A stretch of DNA of 64,000 nt from the human T2T-CHM13v2.0 reference genome, Homo sapiens: assembly GCF_009914755.1 (NCBI RefSeq), contig NC_060932.1; one strand, given 5' to 3'. How positions within the stretch are numbered: position 1 is the stretch's first letter; every line of letters starts with the position of its first letter. Shown here piece after piece: positions 15,198 through 27,784 of this stretch. Both the position numbers and the translations under genes were made by a program. Below the pieces are notes generated by a model. It was not told the DNA's origin. It was given only the letters and a program-made list of their open reading frames with translations, and ran no database searches.

Positions 15198-16697
15198 CTG
15201 CATGGGGAAGGAGGAAGAGTCATCAGGACTCCAGATGGGTCAGGTGGGAGCAAGGTTCAAAGAGTTTTCACATGAAATGCATTTATTCAGAGTGCACTAT
15301 TGGCCACATACATCATCCTCCTGCACTCTCACACTTTCTCATGGAAAAGAATCTATACCTCCATTTTAAGGATATGAAAACTTGACCAGCGCTGTTGTGT
15401 TTATTTATTGCTCTATCCAGAGTTACAGATCTAATGAGTGGCAAGATCAAGTTTGGACCTCAGACTTGGCTCCATTATGCTCTAACGAGGGTCTTCCTCT
15501 GTTCCATGGATACTTTCTCCCCTTCCTCTACCCCTCTTCACCTAAACATACACTCCTGGTCTCATTCTTCATGGAATAAAGTTGCCTCTGTTTTCCATTA
15601 TGGACATCACTGAAAGGTTTCATTTAGACTTCTAACTTGGTAGCTGTTGGAAAAAGAAGATAGAGAAGAGGCCCCAACAACCAGTTAGCTGTAAGCTAGA
15701 GGGGGCAGGTGGTGTGGCTTGGGTCCCCTGTCAGGAAGCTTGTGAGACTCATTCCCATTGCCCTCCCAATCCCCCAACAAAAACCCCTTCTTCCCTCTTT
15801 TTCAGGTTCCTTACCTCCCTCTCTGGGTACCTGCCATTCAAACCTGCTACCCCAGGACACTCACCCCTTAAGGGTTTAGCATACCGTTTAGATGCTGCTG
15901 GCTGATAACAATTTTTAGGGTTCATGCCTCAAGAAATGTTTATAAAATATCAATAGTATTGGCTGAGATTCACTATGGGCTCACCATGTGCCAGACACTG
16001 TGGTTTATTTGGATTACCTTGACAACCCTGTGGACACCATCAGAACCCTCTCTACATAGATGAGGATGCTGAGCACACGGAGATGAAGTAACCTGCTCAA
16101 AGTCACATGCATAGAAAGTGGCAAAACCTGCCATGGAACCTGGATCCCATGCTCCTGCTCAGGACCTCCAGCTGGTCTTGAGCACAGTTTACAGTGCCTT
16201 GTAGCCCTGTTCTTCTCTCCCTCAGGCCTAGGAGGTTTGTGTGTTTCTCATCCCCACTGGGGAGAGGAGGAAATGAAGGCTTTGAGAACTTGAGGGGGAT
16301 TCTTGGAAATGGAAAAGTCCTTCTTTCTTTCTTCTTCTATCAAGCCTCTGGTGCCAGAGACTGGGACATAGATGATGGTTCCCTGGGGATTTATGAGGCT
16401 CTGTCAGGGTGGGATGAGTAAATGAAGTCATAAAACGCACCATTTTGCCATCCCCAGAAATGGATACCAACATGTATCACTTCATATGCCCACATGTACA
16501 GCCTCAGACCTCCGGCTCCAGCTGCCCTACAGCCCTCTTCCTCTCCTTTCCCACTTCCCCTCAAAGGAAAGCCACTGCAGCTGGTGGCCTCTTCCCCCGT
16601 GCTAAATTCCTGCCTATTCAGAAACAGTCTTTCTGACAGTCCTTGCCAAGCCATCTCTGCTCATCTTAAAGGAAATTAGTCTTTAAATGTCTGTGTC

Positions 16698-16771
16698 TTT
16701 CTCTCTCTCTCTCTCCCTCTCTCTCTCCCTCTCTCTCTCTCTCTGTCTGTCTGTCTCTCGCTCTCTCTCTC
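16698..16771. repeat. (TC)n/(TCTG)n microsatellite just downstream of exon 12
   Basis: Read directly. Confidence 0.92.
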
Positions 16772-16802
16772 CTTCCCCTCCCCCAGGTCTTCTTATACTT
16801 AC

Positions 16803-16854
16803 ACAGAGCAAGCTGGTACCTACTACCAGCATCCCGATTAGGGAACACAGCCAC
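16803..16854 (-). CDS. SLC18A1: VMAT1 exon 12 (WLCSLIGMLVVGTSLLC)
   Basis: Acceptor tccAG, donor TGT|GTAAGT; 52 nt (cumulative 1146). Confidence 0.98.
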
Positions 16855-17792
16855 CTGGAAGAAAAAAGCCATCATCAAACACCACTAGGGGAGAGCTCCC
16901 CTCCACCTGTACCCCATCACCGCCATGCTGACCTGTCCCACCAGCCCTAATCCCAGCAACCCCTTAGGACCTGAGGACAGCATCCCTACATGACCAGTTT
17001 GTACCCAAATGAGCTCTCTCCCTGCCCTTTCCTTGTCTCCCCTGGCTCCATCCCTTTTTCTATAGAAAGGCAGAGGAGGTGCCGTGGGACACACTCTTCC
17101 TTCCCTTACAGGAGGAATCAGCTGACTCAGGAGGCACTTGTTCCTTAGAAGTAGCCCTCAAACTTAACTCATGCTGTTGCCCAGCTCACACTGCCTCCTA
17201 CCTGTCCTATTTTATTTGGTCCTTGAGGTCTGTCTCAAAAAACACAGAAAGTACCAAACTTCTTTCCTTCTCTGATGTCCTATGGCAGTGCTTCTAAAAT
17301 CTTGATGCTAAACTCCAAAGATAAAATTAAAGCTGTCCTTATTGTAGTGAAGGGACAGAATGGAGACTCATAGCTCTTGGCCCCCAACCCTTCCTCCTCA
17401 GTGGCCTCTGGGGTGCCTCTATAGAACTCCTTAGGATTCCACAGAACATAATTTGAAAACTACTTTCCCAAAGTACTGCATTTTTCATAGCTGTTCTCTG
17501 TTGTGGTTATTTTATCTCCTCAACTGGACAGCAAATGGATGGAAAGTAAGGGGTGCCCCTCATGTATCCACTGCCTCTTCTATAACAATCAGCTCAGAGC
17601 TCAGGACAATCCATTCTCCATACCACCCTCACCACTCACTCACTGCCCATCCTCCCAGTGGGAAGTTTTTATCGGTGTGTACTCATCCTAAACTTTCAAC
17701 CGTATGGAAGCTGTTCATCATTCCAAGATCAGGAACGGGCGCTCTTCCATCTTACATTTCTACTGTTCGTTCCAGATCCCGAGGCTACATAC

Positions 17793-17871
17793 CGACCCAT
17801 CTTGTTGGCCAACACACCAAAGAGGTTGGTGCCAATGAGGTAGGACACACTGGCAGGCAAGAAAGCTAGAC
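17793..17871 (-). CDS. SLC18A1: VMAT1 exon 11 ([27 protein letters not shown])
   Basis: Acceptor cacAG, donor CG|GTATGT; 79 nt (cumulative 1094). Confidence 0.98.
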
Positions 17872-18036
17872 CTGTGGAAGGACACAGATCCTTACCTTAG
17901 GACATGTCCAATTTACTCTAAAATGCCTTGTCTCGTACAAGACACTGAAGTCCACCCCTGTAACCTTCCAAGATCCCCAAACCACTTTGTTTTATGATCT
18001 GGGGACCTTTGTGCAAACCCACAGTAGTTGCCATAG

Positions 18037-18412
<376 letters not shown>

Positions 18413-20522
18413 TAGCCTCAGTACATTTAATGTGCTTCCAGCTCCCCACTTAGATTCCTAATGAATGGCCCTGATGAGCCGTTCTCATGTATAAAATACC
18501 CTTGATTATCAGCGTGAGAATGTGAGCTTCAGAGGTGGTGTGGTTGGGTGCCACATACCCATACATAATTCCTGGGAAGTGAATTCCTGCCTTGCTACTT
18601 ACCAGCCCTTCTATTTCTCTGAGAGGGATCTTGGATTAATTACTAAACCTTTCTGAGCCTTGGTTTCCACATCTGGAAAAAGCAAAGCTATGATTATATC
18701 ATACCGGGTTACAATGTGGAGCAAATTAGGTAATGCATGCAAAAGTATTTTGTAAATTGAAGTCCTGAACACATGGCTTTTTGTGACAGTAGAGGGAAGT
18801 GTTCAGGAAACATGGGCTTTGGAGCCACACAAAGCTCCAAATTTTGCATTCAAACCATGGCTTGATGACTTGTTAGCTCTGTGACTTTGGACAATTTACT
18901 TAACCTGTCTGAGTCTCTTCCATTCATTCATTCATTCATTCATTCATTTTAACAAACTTTGACCATGTGTCAGGTATTCTGGGGGCTGGGAATACAGCGG
19001 TGAATAAGACAAACAAAATTCTAGCCCTCAGCTAGCTTACACTCCAGGGGAGGGAGACATACAATGAACAAGTAAACAAATACACAAAAAAGATAATTTT
19101 GAAAAGTGTTGAGTTATGTGCATGAAATTTAATGTGGTGATATAGCAGAGCAACTCAGAAGGGCTATCTGGGATTTCAGGGTTGGGGAAGGCTTCTTTGG
19201 GGAAGTGACATTCAAACTGAGACCTTAATAACCAAAAGAGAGCACTTCAAGCAGAAAATAAAAAGCACCTAATGGAAATTAAGATGTCTTAAAGAAATCA
19301 TTTAGTTTGCTCTAAGAATAGAAAGGATATCTGTGTGCCTGAAATATAAGAGGAAAGTGGAGGGTGAGAAAATGAAGGTCCTAGAAATGAATCTGGTTAT
19401 TCCAAGGGCAATGGAAGCTTTGGAAGGAAATGACATAATTGGATTTATATTTTCTAAAATCCCCTAGAAGAATGGGTTCATGGGACAAGAGTGGAAGTCA
19501 GACTATTTGCAGAATCCAAGAGAAAAGTGATGGTGCCTCAGATTAGAAGTCATGGTGGAGAGAAGTGAACAAAATGGTAGGTTTTGGAGGTAAGTTGGTG
19601 ACATTTTCTGTTTGATTGGGTAAAGACATAGCGGGAGTGAGGAGGGGAAGTGAGAAATCAGGGATAACCTAGGTTTTTGTCTTAATCGATTGGGTAGCTG
19701 GAGATAGGGAAGACTGGTTGAAGTGCAAGAGCATGGGGGGAACGTGAGAGGTTTGAAGTGACTGGTAGATATCCAAGCAGAGCTGTCAGGCAGTTAGATA
19801 CTTAAAGCCATGCAAATGGATGGGATTGCCTATGAAAGAACAAATAAAGAATAGAGATCCAAGGACTGAGCCTTGGGGGACTCCTATCTTTAGACATTAG
19901 CAAAGAAGGCAGAGATAGCACAGGAGATGAGGAGTAGCCAATGAAGTAGGTGAGGGGAGATGGAATCGAGAAGAGGAGTCTGGCCTTTGATCAGGGCTGG
20001 GATGCTCCAACCATAATTAAAGAGAAGACTGGGAATGTGGGTTCAGATGCAGGATATTGGGTACACTTAGTGATGGAAACACGACAGTTCCATTCTCATT
20101 GCTTCCATTTTATCATAGCTTCTGTTTTCTCAATGAGTAGGAGGCAAAGTCAACCACTGAGAATGATGATGGTGAAGGGACGGGAGTGCATATGGGGCTA
20201 AAATGAAGAAATATAAAATAGTCATTTTGGAAAAGAAGAAGGAGGACATAACTAGGGGCTTAGAGAAAGATTGTTGGACAATGTGAAACCCACTTTAGGT
20301 TTGTGGCCATAAATATAAGGTGAGACCAACAGCGTGGTTGTGCGTTTTTTTTTGCAGCCCCATGCCATGGCTCAGTTACAGACAAGGAGTAGGCAACAAG
20401 ATAGCTTAGCTAGAGTGAAGTTTTTGGCAAGTGACAAGCCCAGAGGGAGTGAGGAGTTTCAGAAGAGTGACATCCATCATGAGCCATTGAATCCAAGTTG
20501 AGGAAAGAAAGAAGTGAGGACA

Positions 20523-20805
20523 GGCTGGGCGCTGTGGCTCACGCCTGTAATCCCAGCACTTTGGGAGGCAGAGGCAGGTGGATCACAAGGTCAGGAGATC
20601 AAGACCATCCTAGCTAACACAGTGAAACCCCATCTCTACTAAAAAATACAAAAAATTAGCTGGGCATGGTGGCAGGTACCTGTAGTCCCAGCTACTCAGG
20701 AGGCTGAGGCAGGAGAATGGCATGAACCTGAGAGGCGGAGCTTGCAGTGAGCCACTGCACTCCAGCCTGGGCGACAGAGCAAGACTCTGTCTCAAAAAAA
20801 AAAGA
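20523..20805 (+). repeat. AluY
   Basis: gaccatcctagctaacac and ggagcttgcagtgagc; TSD aaagaagtgaggaca. Confidence 0.9.
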
Positions 20806-20991
20806 AAGAAGTGAGGACAGGAGTAGTGATGGAAGAAAAATTACTCAGGACAGTGAATTGGTGATCCCAGTTTGGTCCAAAATTGTTGATATGGGACTAT
20901 TAGAACACCTGAGAAGGGAATATGTAAGATGAGAACTGGATTGTTTGGAATTGAGATTTCAGAGGAAATATAATTAATACTGACATCAAGG

Positions 20992-21335
20992 TGATATTGC
21001 TTGATATTTGTCCTCTTGAAATTTCACGTTATAACTTCATCTCCAGTGGTAAAGGTGGGGCTGAGTGGGAGGTGTTTGGGTCATGGGAATGAATCCCTCG
21101 TGAATGGCGTGGTGCTGTCCCCATCCTCACGGTAATGAGTGACTTCTTGCTCTGTAAGTTCACACAAGAGCTGGTTGTTAAAAGAGCTGGGCCTCCTGAG
21201 GCCCTCACCAGAGGCAGATGCTGGTGCCAGGCTTCTTGTACAGCATGTAGAACCATAAGCCAAATAAACCTCTTTTCTTTATAAATTACCCAGCCTCAGA
21301 TATTCCTTTATAGCCATGCAAAATGAACTAATACA
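20992..21335 (+). mobile_element. Solo MaLR LTR (MST-type)
   Basis: TG...CA termini; AATAAA near the 3' end; TSD CAAGG/CAAAG. Confidence 0.85.
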
Positions 21336-24323
21336 CAAAGTGAGGGCATAAATAGGATTAAATTGGTTAAGGTGAGAAGGAGGAAAGGATCATTGCAAAA
21401 GAGTAGATTAAAAAATTAGGAGGCCAAGATCCACAGTTATCCACCTGGATATTGAAGTCACCAAAAATGGTGACAGGAGTAGAGGTGAAAAGAACATGGA
21501 CCAGATGTTGACAGCTTTAATGAATGAGGAGGGACAACTAAGAGGTCACTAGATGTTTGCAACAAACAAGGGTTCGGTGGTGTAATCTAACGACATGACA
21601 TTCAAAGGAGCTGAGATCTTTGAAGGAGAATAGAGAAGAAATGACTCGGAAGCAACAAAGGAGAGCAAGGTGTGGAACATGAACTTCCATCTAGATGCTG
21701 CAGGAAAACAATGTTCACAGAAAACATCTGGGTCTCAGTAGGGCAAGAAGATGAAAGACATGTTCAGAGAAAAGGATGAGGGCATAGGATGCTTGCTGAT
21801 GACAAGTCCAGGATTTGAAAGAGCACTGGGAAATTTGGTAAGATCAAGAAATCTCTGAGGGCAACCCCCTTTGGGAGCTCTGTTTTCACTCTATTAAATC
21901 TTGCAACTGTACACTCTTCTGGTCCGTGTTTGTTCTGGCTCGAGCTGAGCTTTCATTCGCCGTCCACCACGGCTGAGTGCTGCCATCACAGACCCACCAT
22001 TGACTTCCACCCCTCCAGATCTGGCAGGGTGTCCACTGCACTTCTGATCCAGCAAGGCACCCATTGCCACTCCTGATTGGGCTAAAAGCTTGCCATTGTT
22101 CCTGCACACCTAAGTGCCCAGGTTCATCCTAATCCAGCTGAACACTAGTCACTGCATTCCACGGTTCTCATCTGTGACCCACGGCTTCTACTAGAGCTAT
22201 AACACTCACCACATGGCCCAAGGTTCCATTCCTTGGAATCTGTGAGGCCAAGAACCCCAGGTCAGAGAACAAAAGGCTTGCTGCCATCTTAGGAGCAGCC
22301 CGCCCCATCTTGGGAGCTCTAAGAACAAAGACCCTCCAGTAACATCTGGTGGCCTGTACAGGGCTTCTCCAAAGTGGTGAGTAATATTGGATCACTTTTG
22401 CTTGCTATTCTGTCCTATCCTTCCTTAGAATCAGAGGAAAATACCGAGCACCTGTCAGCCAGTTACAAACGATTAGCGTGGCTGCTGGACTTAAGACTCA
22501 GCTGGGAGGCTTTCTGGGAAAAGGCTTTCTAACAACACCCAATCCTTCTAGGATGGGAGCATTGGTCTGCCTGGAACCAGCTTCTGCTTTCACAATTTTC
22601 TTGGGGGAAGCCGAAGGCCGACTAGAGGCAGAAAGCTGTCATCCCAAACTCCGGGCATTGATCAGTCAAGATCATGATGCAACCAGAAGTCTCTACTCTA
22701 TAGTTGCCCATGTGTGCACCCCTACCTCTTCTTCTGACCCATACCTCCTGGGTTCCAACCATGACTTTCTTGAAAGTGTAGCCCCAGAATTCTCCTTACC
22801 TCTGAATCTACTTCCTCCAATCCCTGCCTCCTAGGTACTAATGCTTCAGACTTTCACTTCCTCTCCCAAGTATTAGAGCAAGTTGTATCTCCAAAGGGGA
22901 TCTAAGGAAGCTCTACACTGTGTCCTTAGGCACCAAGGCTATGAACCCACGGAGTCTTGCCCCTGGTGTCCCTCCCAATTTAGGTATACAGCTCTCAACA
23001 TGGGCAGTTATGTGGGACCCGTTCCCCACCACCCTTGCAAGGGCCACAAGTTTGTAAATGGCTAGGAGGATTGCTCTGCCATTGTGTAAGTACTCTCCTC
23101 TCTCAATTTCTATCCAACTTACCCACCCTGTGCAATACAATCTCCAAGCCTCAGCTCCTTGGCGAGGGCCTTAGAACTGATGACCCAGTACTTTAACACT
23201 GGAACTGGGCCTGCGACAACATAATAGATCAGTATCAAAGTGAATTGAGTAAATTAAAGGGATGCCCCAAATGCATTCAATCTGTAGTGGCAACTGCTTT
23301 GCTAACAGAAGGAAGTAGAAAAATAACTTTTAGAGGAAACCTCATTGTGAGCACACCTCACCAGTTCAGAACTATCCTAAGTCAAAAAAAAAAAAAAAGT
23401 AGCTTACTAACTCAAAAATCTTAAAGTATGGGGCTAGTCTGTTAAAAAAAAAAAAAGATGACTTAACATTAACCACTGAAAATTCCCTTAACCCAGCCAA
23501 TTTCCTAACAGGGGATTTTAATCTTAATTACCATACGAAGGTCTGACCAGACTCAGGAGGTACCCCCTTAAGGACAGGAAGATAGATGGTTCCTCCCGGG
23601 TGACTGAGGGAAAAAACCGTAATGGGTATTCAGTAATTGATAAGGAAACTCTTGTAGAAGCAGAGTTGGGAAAATTGCCTAATAATTGGTCTGCTCAAAG
23701 GTGTGAGCTGTTTGCATTCAGCCAAGCCTTAAAGTACTTACAAAACCAGTAAGCCCATCTTTTTCTCCTTGCTCTTCTTCTTTTAGGAAAAAGGCACACA
23801 GGATAAACAGGATCCATCTCTCATATTTCTTACCCAAAAGGACTTAATCCGGGGCAACAAAAAGTTTAAGATCAATAATTAGGGTGTATTCCTACAAAGG
23901 AAAAGGACAAATGCCCTAGTGGGCAAAAACTCTATCTCAATCCTGACTCAAAGGGTTACCTACACCCTCTCTGAAATGAATTTGCATAAGAATTGTTGTT
24001 TATGGGAATGCATCTTGATGGGGCAACTGGGTTGCGCAGCCCAGCTCAAGAACTCACCCCTGATCGCAAAGGCAATGTTGGGCACGCTGGTAATGGACCA
24101 CCAGAATCCAGCAGCCTGGACTCCTTTCTTTGTGGTCAAGAAAGGCGGGAAAACAGGTGCAGGACTGCTACATCGGTGAGTGTAACTAATCCGGTAAGCA
24201 GATGTCCCTGGGTGGTTACACACCCTGGAAAGGAATAAGCATTAGGACCATAGAGGACACTCTAGGACTAATGCTCATCGGAAAATGACTAGGGGTGCTG
24301 GCATCCTCATGTTCTTTTTTCAG

Positions 24324-25207
24324 ATGGGAAACGTTTTCCCCAAGGCAAAAACGCCCCTAAGATGTATTCTGGAGAGATATAATGTTACTGCTAGATCAGA
24401 CACTAACCCCAAATGAAAGAAGGGCAGCTATAATTGCAGCCTGAGAGTTTGGCGATCTCTGGTATCTCAGTCAGGTCAATGATAGGGTGACAACAGAGGA
24501 AAGAGAACGATTCCCCACAGGCCAGTAGGCAGTTCCTAGTGTAGACTCTCATTATGATGCAGAATCACAACATGGAGATTGGTGCCGCAGACATTTGCTA
24601 ACTTGCGTGCTAGAAGGACTAAGGAAAACTAGGAAGAAGGCTATGAATTACTCAGTGATATCCATTATAACACAGGGAAAGGAAGAAAATCCTACTGCCT
24701 TTCTGGAGACACTAAGGGAGGCATTGAGGAAGCATACCTCTCTGTCACCTGACTCTATTGAAGGCCAACTAATCTTAAAAGATAAGTTTATCACTCAGTC
24801 AGCTGCAGATATTAGAAACAAACTTCAAAAGTCCACTTTAGGCCCAGAGCAAAACTTAGAAACCCTACTGAACTTGGCAACCTCAGTTTTTTATAATAGA
24901 GATCAGGAGGAGCAGGTGGAATGGGACGAACGGGAGAAAAAGAAGGCCACCCCTTTAGCCATGTCCCTCGGCAAGTGGACTTTGGAGGCTCTGGAATATG
25001 GAAAGCCTGGGCAAATCAAATGCCTAATAGGGCTTGCTTCTAGTGCAGTCTACAAGGACGCTTTAAAAAAGATTGTCCGAATAGAAGTAAGCCACCCCCT
25101 CATCTATGCCCCTTATGTCAAGAGAATCACTGGAAGGCCCACTGTCCCAGGGGACGAAGGTCCTCTGAGTCAGAAGCCACTAACAGATGATCCAGCAGCA
25201 GGACTGA
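24324..25207 (+). pseudogene. HERV-W gag remnant (internal deletion, stops, frameshifts)
   Basis: MGNVFPKAKTPLRCILE start; MHR ITQGKEENPTAFLETLREAL in ORF 24595..25275; disrupted zinc knuckle ACF*CSLQGRFKKDCP. Confidence 0.92.
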
Positions 25208-26012
25208 GGGTGCCCAGGGCAAGTGCCAGCCCATGTCATCACCCTCACAGAGCCCTGGGTATGCTTGACCTTTGAGGGCCAGGAGGTTAACTGTCTCCTA
25301 GACACTGGTGCAGCCTTCTCAGTCTTACTCTCCTGTCCCTGACAACTGTCCTCCAGATCTGTCACTATCTGAGAGGTCCTAGGACAGGCAGTCACTAGAT
25401 ACTTCTCCCAGCCACTAAGTTGTGACTGGAGAACTTTGCTCTTTTCACATGCCTTTCTAATTATGCCTGAAGGCCCCACTTCTTTGTTAAGGAGAGACAT
25501 TCTCGCAAAAGCAGGGGCCATTATACACCTGAACATACAGAAGGAACACCTGTTTGTTGTGCCCTGCTTGAGGAGGGAATTAATCCTGAAGTCTGGGCAA
25601 CAGAAGGACAATATGGAGGAGCGAAGAATGCCCGTCCCGTTCAAGTTAAACTAAAGGATTCCACCTCCTTTCCCTACCAAAGGCAGTACCCCCTTAGACC
25701 TGAGGCCCAACAAGGACTCCAAAAGATTGTTAAGGACCTAAAAGCCCAAGGCCTTGTAAAACTATGCAACAGCCCCTGCAGTACTCCAATTTTAGGAGTC
25801 CAGAAACCCAACGGACAGTGGAGGTTAGTGCAAGATCTCAGGATTATCAGTGAGGCTATTGTCCCTCTATACCAAGCTGTACCTAACCCTTATACTCTGC
25901 TTTCCCAAATACCAGAGGAAGCAGAGTGACTCACAGTCCTGGACCTTAAGGATGCCTTTTTCTACATCCCTGTACATCCTGACTCTCAATTCTTGTATGC
26001 CTTTGAAGACCC
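25208..26012 (+). pseudogene. HERV-W protease and 5' reverse transcriptase remnant
   Basis: LLDTGAAFSVLL protease motif; PILGVQKPNGQWRLVQDLR and VLDLKDAFF RT motifs; in-frame stops; truncated after YAFEDP. Confidence 0.92.
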
Positions 26013-26371
26013 TCTGTACCCATACTTGCCTGGTAAGCCTATTTAATACCACCCTCACTAGGCTCGATGGAACCTTGGCCAAAATCCTACTAACTGTTGG
26101 ATGTACCTCCCGCTGCACTTTAGGCTATACATTTCAATCTCTGTATCTTAACCTCCTGGTTAAGTTTGTCTCTTCCAGAATTGAAGCTGTAAAACTATAA
26201 ATGGTTCTTCAAATGGAACCCCAGATGCAGTCTGTGACTAAGATCTACTACAGACCCCTGGACTGGCCTGCTAGCCCATGCTCCAATGTTGATGACATCG
26301 AAAGCACCCCTCTCAAGGAACTTTCAACTGCATGACCCCTACTATGCCCCAGTTCGGCAGGAAGCAGTTAG
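26013..26371 (+). pseudogene. HERV-W env fragments (syncytin-1-like SU piece plus cytoplasmic tail)
   Basis: LVSLFNTTLT (SU) joined to NLLVKFVSSRIEAVKL*MVLQMEPQMQS...SAGSS*. Confidence 0.9.
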
Positions 26372-27784
26372 AGCGGTCATCAGCCAACCTCCCCAACAGC
26401 ACTTGGGTTTTCCTGTTGAGAGGGGGTACTAACAGACAGGACTAGCTGGATTTCCTAGGCCAATTAAGAATTCCTAAGCCTAGCTGGGGAAGGTGACCAC
26501 ACCCACCTTTAAACAAGGGGCTAGTAACTCAGCTCACACCTGACCAATCACATAGTAAAGAGAGCTCACTAAAATACCAATTAGGCTAAAAGCAGGAGGT
26601 AAAGAAATAATCAAATAATCTATCACCTGAGAGCACAGAGGGAGGGACAATGATCGGGATATAAACCCCAGGCATTCCAGCCAGCAGTGGCAATTCCCTT
26701 TGGGCCGCCTCCCATTATATGGTAGCTCTGTTTTCACTCTATTAAATCTTGCAGCTGCCAAAAAAAAAAAAGAAAGAAAAAGAAAAGAAAAGAAATCTCT
26801 GAAATATGGGGATAATCATAATTTCTACCAGACAGGCCAGTTGTGAGGTTTAAACAAAATAGTGCATATCAAACATTTTGCATCGTGCCTGTCGCAGAGT
26901 AAGGGCCCTACAAGCACTGGTCTTGATTATTATCATCATAACTCGTGAGTGGCATGTCAGGACTTGAGTCCAGGCCATCTCACTCTAACTCCAAGTGTTT
27001 CCACTATGCCACACCCCCAGCGTGGTAGCACAGATGGCTCTGGTATAAGGAACTGTTTGAGATCAGCAGAGTGAGTTTGTCTGGATCTCACCAGCCCTTT
27101 TAATCCCTCTCTATACCTAGAAAAAAACAGTGCAGGCTAACAAAAAATACCATGGCAATTACAATTAAATTAAAAGTCAACAATCAACCATTTATTGGCT
27201 GACAACTTGTTTGCTTTTAATATTCTCTTCTATGGAGTAGAAGTAAGCACACCTTAGTGTATTTGTGTAGGCTATCCTGGACAGGTGGCAATCTGTTGCA
27301 AACTGTACCCATTCGTTTATATTTAATTGCTTAAAAAAATTAAAACTACTCAATTGTTTATCTAGTATGTGGAAGTAAGCACCTCTAGGAAGCCTACAGC
27401 CTCCTAGATACACCTCCTTGACATCATTTTAAATGGTGTAAAATTTCCTTAATTAGATTTTTCTCAATCCACGTTGCTCGTTCTTTAGGACCTGATTATA
27501 GCTTACATTTTAGCAGTATTTTGTGCAAAATAGGTGCTCCAGAATATGTATTTATAGATACATGACCCCTGCATGAAAAACATCTGTTTTTCACAGTGAA
27601 TCTCTAAGGGGTGAGGGATTACACATTTTGTGACTATCAAAATGGTTTAAAGTAAAATTGTACAAATAATTTTTTATTTACTGATAGTATCCTGTATTCC
27701 ACGCACTGGGCTAATCCATTTAGGATTCCAGATGAAAATGACTCTGAAAAATATCTACTTTTTTACAAATTAAAAAACTGAAGT

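Larger units (their letters stand above)
18920..21845 (-). mobile_element. L2 LINE remnant with (TCAT)n 3' end, interrupted by AluY and an MST LTR
   Basis: (ATTC)n at ~18922-18947 followed by L2-like purine-rich sequence. Confidence 0.65.
21859..26790 (+). mobile_element. HERV-W (HERV17/LTR17) processed pseudogene, retrocopied by L1, antisense in intron 10
   Basis: Starts at R-U5 with no U3; PBS 22347-22364; splice donor 22377; degenerate gag/pro/pol/env; PPT ~26415-26429; 3' U3-R 26430-26759 with ATTAAA 26741; polyA from 26760; TSD AAGAAATCTCTGA at 21846-21858 and 26790-26802. Confidence 0.95.

Noticed and set aside
24595-25275. Longest ORF in the track (226 aa) as a functional retroviral or domesticated Gag
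   Set aside because: It starts at TTG in mid-capsid, follows a large deletion, shifts out of the gag frame before the zinc knuckles, and the element has no 5' U3 promoter.
25850-26200. ORF with syncytin-like peptides
   Set aside because: Chimeric across deletion junctions; no signal peptide, furin site, fusion peptide or complete TM.
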